The position numbers and the translations under genes were made by a program. From the NCBI GenBank assembly GCA_963703285.1, contig OY969807.1, positions 1,280,001-1,344,000 on the forward strand: a stretch of DNA of 64,000 bases, given 5' to 3'. Source of the stretch: an uncultured Nitrososphaerota archaeon. Lineage in GTDB: Archaea; Thermoproteota; Nitrososphaeria; Nitrososphaerales; Gagatemarchaeaceae. Positions 57,888 to 64,000 of the stretch are shown piece by piece. Within the stretch, counting starts at the first letter, position 1, and every line of letters begins with the position of its first letter. The notes beneath the pieces were generated by a model. That model did not search any database. It was not told where the DNA came from and was given only the letters and a program-made list of their open reading frames with translations.

Positions 57888-58906
57888 CAAGCCTCAGGCA
57901 AGGCGTCATTTCGGACGCTCTTCTGATCCTCGACTCGGGTTTGTCTGTGACCTGTCCCTCTGACTCTTACGAAGACTATGGCCGCTGCCACGATACAGGC
58001 CCCCAGAATCGCGATGGCAACCACGCTGACCGGCAGATTCAGGCTTGGGGGCTGACCCGTCCACGCCCCTGTGTAGCTCCAGACGACCGTGCCGTTGCCG
58101 GAGTTCTGTATGGAGATGAAGGGAGGGGGCTCCGTGTACCCTCCCACGATGAAAAGGGGGTTGCCCTGCCCCTCCCAGTTGCTGTAGAAGTACAGACCCT
58201 GGACGACGTTCTCTCCGTCAATGGTCAGTGACGTGAGCGTGAGGTTGCCCATGCTGCTGAACACGGTGCCGTTCTCCGAGTAGGACTCCATTGCGAAGAC
58301 CTCCTGGTCCCCCGCGGCCGGGGGAGAGCTCTCTCCGCTGGGGAACTCTCCCTGCGTCGACTGATGGCTGCTCACGTCCCTCAGCTGGTAGTTCCATACG
58401 CCCGCCGAGAGGAAGACCGAGAGAGCGACCACGGAGCCGGGGGACATCTCCGGCGCGCTCGAGTTGACCACCCACTCGTAGTTCTGCGAGGTGGCCTGTA
58501 TGTTGGTGATAAGCCAGGCGTAGGACAGCCACCTCTGCGTCTCCGGATAGATACCGGCTGCGAGCTGCAGGACGTGCCCGTCCCTGGTCATTAGGGAGAG
58601 TATGGCCAGCACGGCGCCGTCCGTCCGGTTGATCTGAGGCAGCGTGACCTGAACAGTGACGTTGCTCACACCTCCCCAGGACAGTTTGCCGCCTCCGGCG
58701 AGCTGGACGCCGTTGGGCACGACGACCCCAAGGGCCCACGAGGAGGTGCTCGAGTAGCCCGCCGACCCAGCACTCCCCGAGGAGCTCAGTGTCTGACCGG
58801 AAGCGGGCCGGGGCGACACCCCCGCGATCACCAGGACCGTGACGAAGCCGAGGATAGTTAGCCTATTGAGCGGTTTCGACCCTCGCCACTCGCCGGCTCT
58901 TCTCAA
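57743..58906 (-). CDS. Secreted beta-rich protein with C-terminal TM anchor
   Basis: Signal peptide, S/G-rich, TM near the C-terminus; 3' end overlaps the RHH gene. Confidence 0.65.
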   Translation of the reverse strand: MRRAGEWRGSKPLNRLTILGFVTVLVIAGVSPRPASGQTLSSSGSAGSAGYSSTSSWALGVVVPNGVQLAGGGKLSWGGVSNVTVQVTLPQINRTDGAVLAILSLMTRDGHVLQLAAGIYPETQRWLSYAWLITNIQATSQNYEWVVNSSAPEMSPGSVVALSVFLSAGVWNYQLRDVSSHQSTQGEFPSGESSPPAAGDQEVFAMESYSENGTVFSSMGNLTLTSLTIDGENVVQGLYFYSNWEGQGNPLFIVGGYTEPPPFISIQNSGNGTVVWSYTGAWTGQPPSLNLPVSVVAIAILGACIVAAAIVFVRVRGTGHRQTRVEDQKSVRNDALPEACYRREFFAGRLTGLTMVPALCGLSECFSSVIRIMNILIASSTISALLL

Positions 58907-59424
58907 CCCGCCCGCACCTTAGCGCGAGCCATGGTCACGACGATGAGGGCGGCTCCCGCGACGGTGATTAGGACCGCCGCCGTCACCGGGTCAACGAAGG
59001 ACGAGAGGAGGTCCACGGCCGCCGTCTCCGAGATCTTGTTGATCGTCAGCCCATACCCGCTGTCGGCCCCGGCTATGGCGAGGAGAAGGCAGCTGGCCGT
59101 GACGCCGACGTTAAGGAGAGCGTACCCGAGCGCTATCGAAGTCTGGTTCAGCGTGCGCTTCTCCTGAACCTCGATGACGTACAGGAAGAAGGACAGTGCG
59201 CCGAATCCGCCGATCGTGATCGAAAGGTAGAGCAGATACGACAGCAGGAACCAGGTCCCAGGTCCCCCGGCTACGATAATCGGGGGGAGGTACGAGAACG
59301 GCCTGAACGGAAGGACTATCACGAGGGTCCAAACGAGCGAGCCTATCGAACCAACGTACGCCGCGCTGCGAAACCTGCTGTACCAAAAGGTTCCTGTGGT
59401 GGTCAAGCCGAAATCCAGCCTCAC
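58903..59424 (-). CDS. Hypothetical multi-TM protein
   Basis: AGGPGTW, LLNVGV. Confidence 0.65.
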   Translation of the reverse strand: MRLDFGLTTTGTFWYSRFRSAAYVGSIGSLVWTLVIVLPFRPFSYLPPIIVAGGPGTWFLLSYLLYLSITIGGFGALSFFLYVIEVQEKRTLNQTSIALGYALLNVGVTASCLLLAIAGADSGYGLTINKISETAAVDLLSSFVDPVTAAVLITVAGAALIVVTMARAKVRAG

Positions 59425-59939
59425 CGGCGTTTATTTAACGTCGATGACGCGTGGCAAGCACACGCGCCGTGGCCGGCGCGCTTCTGCGATCTGGTCATAA
59501 GGTGCAAGATGGCCCCTCTCGCGAGCCGAAGCTGAATCGGAAGTCGACGAACGGCTTGCGACGGTAGTTGTAAAGCATGAGGAAGGGCCTGTCCTTCACG
59601 TCCACTATGCTCAGCGAACCGGGCTCCGGATGCCGTACGGGGGCCACATCTACCAGTTCAGCACCCCTATCGGCGGCGGCACCGCGACGGTCGAGCTGAA
59701 TCTTCCTTCTGGCCCGGTAAACGGATCTCGCTCTGGTATTGAGCCTGGCTTTGGGGAGAGCGTGACCGATGCCGGCGGCGGATACAGGATGAGCAAGAAA
59801 CGTGTCACCCCGTTCGCGCTGGAGACGAAAGGACGGCCCAGCAAGTGGATAACTCTGACTTGCCTCCAAGTGCTGAAGTGGGTGGAAGAAGCGCGTGAGG
59901 CGACCTCGTAAAGCGACTGTCCGATGAGCTCCCCCGGTT

Positions 59940-60536
59940 TCATGAAGGCTGGCCGTCGACGAATATCGGCAGCGCCTGGATGTAGACGAGATCCTGGCCC
60001 TTGTACCACGGGCCCTCCTTCCATACGGCCGCCTTGCACGCGACGATCGCCTCGGCGCTCTTGGCAAGAAGCTGGAGCGCGTCCAGGGTGGCACCCGTCG
60101 AGACCACATCGTCCAGGAGGCAGACCCGCTTGCCCGACAGCCACTGCATCTCCTCCTTGGTCAGGAGGAGCTCCTGCTCGGCCTTCGTCGTGATCGACTT
60201 CAGCTTCTGTGAGGCGTAGTCTCCCATGTACGACTTGATGCTCTTGCGGGCCACGACGAACCGGTCGGTTCCGAGCCTCTTGGAGAGCTCGAAGGCGAGG
60301 GCTATCGACTTGGCCTCGGCGGTCAGCACCGCATCCACCCCCATGGGACGAATCTTCTTCGCGAGCAGGGCCGCTGCCTTGGACAGGAAGCCGACGTCCC
60401 CGAGTATCAGGGCGGCGTCGGACGCTATCCACGTGTGGGGCTGAATCTGGACGACTGGAACGGTCCTGCACAGGTTACCCAACCTGACGACATAGACGCT
60501 CTCCCCAGAGTACGGCCTGACAGACGGTTCTCGCAA
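59940..60536 (-). CDS. Adenine phosphoribosyltransferase-like protein
   Basis: TAEAKSI, ARK, LLDDVVSTGAT. Confidence 0.85.
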   Translation of the reverse strand: MREPSVRPYSGESVYVVRLGNLCRTVPVVQIQPHTWIASDAALILGDVGFLSKAAALLAKKIRPMGVDAVLTAEAKSIALAFELSKRLGTDRFVVARKSIKSYMGDYASQKLKSITTKAEQELLLTKEEMQWLSGKRVCLLDDVVSTGATLDALQLLAKSAEAIVACKAAVWKEGPWYKGQDLVYIQALPIFVDGQPS

Positions 60537-60585
60537 GACGACCAGCCCGCTTCTGCGCGGTATTTGTCCTCGACTGTGGGCCGGA

Positions 60586-62181
60586 TCACTCTGGCGGGAT
60601 TTCCTTGTAGGCGAGCGTCACGTCAATCCCCCTCTTCCCGTAGTAGCTCTTGCAGCCGTAGTAGATGAGGAGGCCGGCTATGAAGGAACCGGCGACGTAG
60701 GCGTAGGCGAGGTAGTAACCATGAATCCCGTCAACGATCGCCGCGGTGCCCCAGATTGTCGGCGAAGCGAAGAACTGGTAGATGATGTAGCCGAAGATTA
60801 TTGCCATGAGCGCCCCGCTGATGCTCAGTATTGACCTGGTGCTTCCTTGTTCCTTCCGGGCCTCTAGGATGGCGGAGATTCCGACGAACGCGAAGTAGAT
60901 CATCGCTGCGACCACGGCGGCGTAGAGGACCTGGAAGCTGCCGTAGAAGTAGGAGACGGCTCCCACGAGGACGACGGTCATGATGAGTACTAGGCTCTGC
61001 GCAACGAGAGGCGAGCCGGTCCGCGGGTTCACGTAGGCGAACCTCGCCGGGAGGAAGCGGTCGAACCCCTGGGCGAGTATGTACCGGGAGATCACTATCA
61101 CCCCATAGGCCAGGATGCCGACGTTCCACAGGATCCAAGCGAGACCTAGGAAGAGCTGGACCGCGGTGTTGCCGCTCACGCCCATTGCCAGGGTCCAGAA
61201 GTTGAACGAGATGTTGTAGACCAGCGTTGGGTTGGTAAAGGCAGCCTGGGTGAAGGCGAATCCTCCTACGTAGTACATGGTTGCGAAGGCGCTCGTCAGC
61301 AGGATGACCACGATGAGCGAGGCTATGGGGACGTTCCACTTGGCGGTCCCAGGGCCCTTGAGCTCGGACCCCACGGCCGGGCCCGCATTAATCCACGGAT
61401 ACACGAAGATCGCGAAGAACGGCAAGAGAGATATCGTCGCTCCAAAGTCGAAGGTGGAGCCGGTGAACGAGCTGGCGACAGAGTTGTAGGTGAGCGGCGA
61501 GTTGTTAGAGTTAGTAAGGCCGAGGCCGTCGATGAAGTTCACCACGCCCGAGTGCCCGGCCGCGATGAGTGTGATTATTCCGCCGATGATTCCCAAAATC
61601 CCGAGTATTATCGTGACCGTGACTATCCTGTAGCCAATCTTCTGGTTCGCCATGTTGAGCAGGATGATGGCAAGGAATATCGTGGCGCCCACGGCGAACT
61701 GCTCGCCCGGGGCGGCCCCCGGGACTGCCAGGTTCAGGGCGAGGCTGCTGGAGTTGCCCATCGCCAAAGCGACAGAACCGATGGCTGACACCAGCGCTAG
61801 GACTATCAGGGCGAAGTATGCCTGCGTCTCGAGGACGTAACCCATGAATGAGAGCGAGCCACCGAAAGCACCCCCCATCGTCCGGGAGACCCAGACATAG
61901 TCTCCTCCGGTGCGCTTTATCTTTCGCCCGATAATCGAGTAGACCACAATCTGCGGAATTGAGAGGATGAAGGCGATGAGGGAGGCGTACACGAGGTTGA
62001 CGCCGGCGACGGACGGAAGGGCAATCATGGTGAAGCTGATCGTCGCGAGCGCGGCGCCAGCAGACATGTTCCCCATGTTCAGGGTTACAGCATCGAGGAG
62101 CGAGACATTCTTCACGAGCCCGGTGCTCTCTCTAACGAAGACCGCAGGTTTTACCTTGTCGGCCATCATTATTCGGGCCAA
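60586..62181 (-). CDS. APC-family amino acid permease
   Basis: FVRESTGLVK, RTGGDYVW.SR, FDRFLP, EIPPE end. Confidence 0.9.
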   Translation of the reverse strand: MARIMMADKVKPAVFVRESTGLVKNVSLLDAVTLNMGNMSAGAALATISFTMIALPSVAGVNLVYASLIAFILSIPQIVVYSIIGRKIKRTGGDYVWVSRTMGGAFGGSLSFMGYVLETQAYFALIVLALVSAIGSVALAMGNSSSLALNLAVPGAAPGEQFAVGATIFLAIILLNMANQKIGYRIVTVTIILGILGIIGGIITLIAAGHSGVVNFIDGLGLTNSNNSPLTYNSVASSFTGSTFDFGATISLLPFFAIFVYPWINAGPAVGSELKGPGTAKWNVPIASLIVVILLTSAFATMYYVGGFAFTQAAFTNPTLVYNISFNFWTLAMGVSGNTAVQLFLGLAWILWNVGILAYGVIVISRYILAQGFDRFLPARFAYVNPRTGSPLVAQSLVLIMTVVLVGAVSYFYGSFQVLYAAVVAAMIYFAFVGISAILEARKEQGSTRSILSISGALMAIIFGYIIYQFFASPTIWGTAAIVDGIHGYYLAYAYVAGSFIAGLLIYYGCKSYYGKRGIDVTLAYKEIPPE

Positions 62182-62339
62182 GGAGTACTCTATTTATGGG
62201 TGGTTTCACCTGAATCAGTTAAAACGGTGGCAATTTGCTAATCGAGGCAACTCCCGTCGCGACGGCGCCCGGGACAGGGATTTTTGCCGCGAGCGCGTTC
62301 CATTCGAATAAATAAATCGATAAACCGAGCACGGATGCC

Positions 62340-62966
62340 TTGGCCCGCCTGGGTCGGTCGTTCTATTCGAGGTACACGCCAGATGTCGCCAGGGACCTTC
62401 TCGGCAGCGTGCTCGTCAGGGTGCTGGACGGCGAGGAGCTCCGCGCAAGGATCGTCGAGGTCGAGGCCTACCGCGGCGCAGACGACCCGGCGAGTCACGC
62501 GTACAGGGGCATGACCAAGAGGACGTCCGTGATGTTTGGAGAGCCGGGGCACGCGTACGTCTACTTCACCTTCGGCTTTCACTACTGCCTCAACCTCACG
62601 ACCGAGGTGGAGGGGGAGCCCGGGGCCGTCCTGATTAGGGCAGTCGAGCCGCTCTCGGGAATCGAGGAGATGAGGAGGAGGCGGGGGGTCGAAGACCTCC
62701 TTAGGATAGCCAAGGGCCCAGGCAACCTGACAAAGGCCATGGGCATCGACCTGCGCCTGAACGGCGAGGACGTCGTCACTTCGAAGGAGCTCTTCGTGCT
62801 CTCAGGAAGGCCCGACGGCGAGGTGGCGGTCTCGACGAGGATAGGCATCAGTTCGGGAAAGGACAAGATGTGGAGATACTACATCAGGGGCAGCGCATTC
62901 GTTTCTGGCTCCAATAGGCATAACTACCGCACTCGCGAATCGGGCGGAAGAGGGGTCGTCGGCTAG
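62340..62966 (+). CDS. mpg: 3-methyladenine DNA glycosylase (AAG/MPG)
   Basis: IVEVEAY, YVYF.FG.H.C.N, AVLIRA, GPG.L, RIGI. Confidence 0.93.
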   Translation: MARLGRSFYSRYTPDVARDLLGSVLVRVLDGEELRARIVEVEAYRGADDPASHAYRGMTKRTSVMFGEPGHAYVYFTFGFHYCLNLTTEVEGEPGAVLIRAVEPLSGIEEMRRRRGVEDLLRIAKGPGNLTKAMGIDLRLNGEDVVTSKELFVLSGRPDGEVAVSTRIGISSGKDKMWRYYIRGSAFVSGSNRHNYRTRESGGRGVVG

Positions 62967-63042
62967 TCTGGTCCAGGCTTCAAACCTATGGGAAGCAGGC
63001 CTTGGGCGCTTGAGAGCGCCGGTTCAAATCCGGCCGACCCCA
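62952..63042 (+). tRNA. tRNA-Pro(TGG) with ~15-nt non-canonical intron (~62984-62998)
   Basis: GGGGTCG/CGACCCC-A; spliced stem CAAGC-CT-TGG-GC-GCTTG. Confidence 0.82.
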
Positions 63043-63110
63043 TCAACCTCGCGCCACTGGCGCCGCGCTAGTCTTTATCAGCAGGATTGGCTCCTCGAAT
63101 CCGAAACGCG

Positions 63111-63461
63111 ATGAGAATCGGCTCCGTCGTGATAGACTGCTTTGAGTTCGATGGCATGCTGAATTTCTGGCAGGAAGTCCTCCACTACGTTACTCGCACG
63201 CCGGCCAAGGACGGGTGGGTCATCCTCAGAGACCCCTAGGGCAAGAACACTAACGTCTCCTTGAACCAGGTCCCGGAGAGGCTCATGGACAGGAACTGGT
63301 TGCACTTCGACCTCTACACGGAGGACCAGAAGGGCGAGGTGGACAGGCTGATCAAGCTGGGAGCCAAGCGGCATCCTCAGGAGTACGAGGGCGATGAGGA
63401 CTTCGTTGTCCTCGAGCATCCCGATGGGAACCTCTTCTGCGTCGTCGACACGAAACGCTGA
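63111..63461 (+). pseudogene. VOC/glyoxalase-like gene with an in-frame TAG at 63237
   Basis: MRIGSVVIDC...FWQ...RDP*GK...HFDL...PDGNLFC in one frame. Confidence 0.7.
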
Positions 63462-63519
63462 CGCCGGAGGCGCTTCGCGGGCTGCCCGTCTCAGACGTTA
63501 GAGTCTCGACCTTGCGTGC

Positions 63520-64000
63520 TCATTCGCACTTGCTGTAACCGCAGGAAGAACACTTGTAGCAGCCGCCTTCGAAGATTATCGCGTTCTCCCCACAGTCGGG
63601 GCAGGTCCCTCCCTGGACAAGGGGCGTGCTCGCCTCCTTGGTCACGCGCCCCGCCACCAGCACCTCGAGCGCCTTGGCGACGGCATCTGGGATGGAGAGG
63701 AGCTGCACACCCTCGTCCCAGGTGACGTACTTGCCCTTGATGCCCTTCATCATCCTGACGACGTTCTGGATGTCTCCGCCGTGCTGCAGGTAGAGGCTGA
63801 TCAGCCGCCCGATGGCCTCGGCGTCGGCCTTCTCGTCCCCTCCGAGCTTGCCGAGGGTGACGAAGACCTCCTTCAGGGTGCCCACTTCGTCGGTGTTGGC
63901 CGTCACGTAAAGGCTCCCCTGGGGTAGCTTGAGCTTGAGCGTCCTGCCGGTCAGCACCTTGGGCCTCTCGAACTCCATCGGAGCCTTCTGCTCTGTCGTC
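63520..64000 (-). CDS. Class II ribonucleotide reductase C-terminal (TSCPD + Zn ribbon) region; 5' part outside window
   Basis: RP.VL.G.T, YVT.N, EAIGRLIS, SIPDA, CPDCG...EGGC..C..CGYSKC. Confidence 0.85.
   Translation of the reverse strand, partial: TTEQKAPMEFERPKVLTGRTLKLKLPQGSLYVTANTDEVGTLKEVFVTLGKLGGDEKADAEAIGRLISLYLQHGGDIQNVVRMMKGIKGKYVTWDEGVQLLSIPDAVAKALEVLVAGRVTKEASTPLVQGGTCPDCGENAIIFEGGCYKCSSCGYSKCE

Noticed and set aside
59495-59911. 93-aa ORF ending PSKWITL..L.VL
   Set aside because: Looks like a chimeric gene remnant; too fragmentary to assign.
61-63725. Numerous long antisense or alternate-frame ORFs in the track
   Set aside because: Expected shadow ORFs in GC-rich DNA; they overlap well-supported genes and lack motifs.

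Overview
GC-rich archaeal chromosome segment, most likely a non-ammonia-oxidising Nitrososphaerota (Thaumarchaeota)-type lineage. This is inferred from gene content: an unlinked 5S rRNA, a thaumarchaeal-style his operon, DUF1512, and intron-containing tRNAs. The backbone is housekeeping: ilvC/ilvD, Lhr, an Smc5/6-like SMC-kleisin-KITE operon, the his operon, SRP RNA, pelota/dnaG, pheST/trpS/coaD/map, 5S rRNA, 4 tRNAs and the end of a class II RNR gene. Accessory structure is layered on top. (1) A 5-kb array between ilvC and ilvD is cut into four units by an identical 19-bp direct repeat (TCGGACAAAACTATTAATC, within a ~28-bp dif-like or promoter-like site). Each unit carries membrane-anchored or secreted proteins. 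Variants of the repeat and homologous small proteins recur in an att-bounded, integrase-less island at tRNA-Trp. (2) Lower-GC insertions sit at two overlapping operon junctions (smc|kleisin with a LAGLIDADG gene, and pheS|pheT). Each leaves a stub of the downstream gene's 5' end and supplies a replacement 5' end. (3) There is a second free-standing HTH-LAGLIDADG gene at tRNA-Ser, an att scar at tRNA-Val, and an IS481-family element with a 15-bp target duplication. Several single-base frameshifts suggest assembly indel errors, so frame-dependent claims need read-level checks. All family assignments come from motif recognition by eye; no searches were run.
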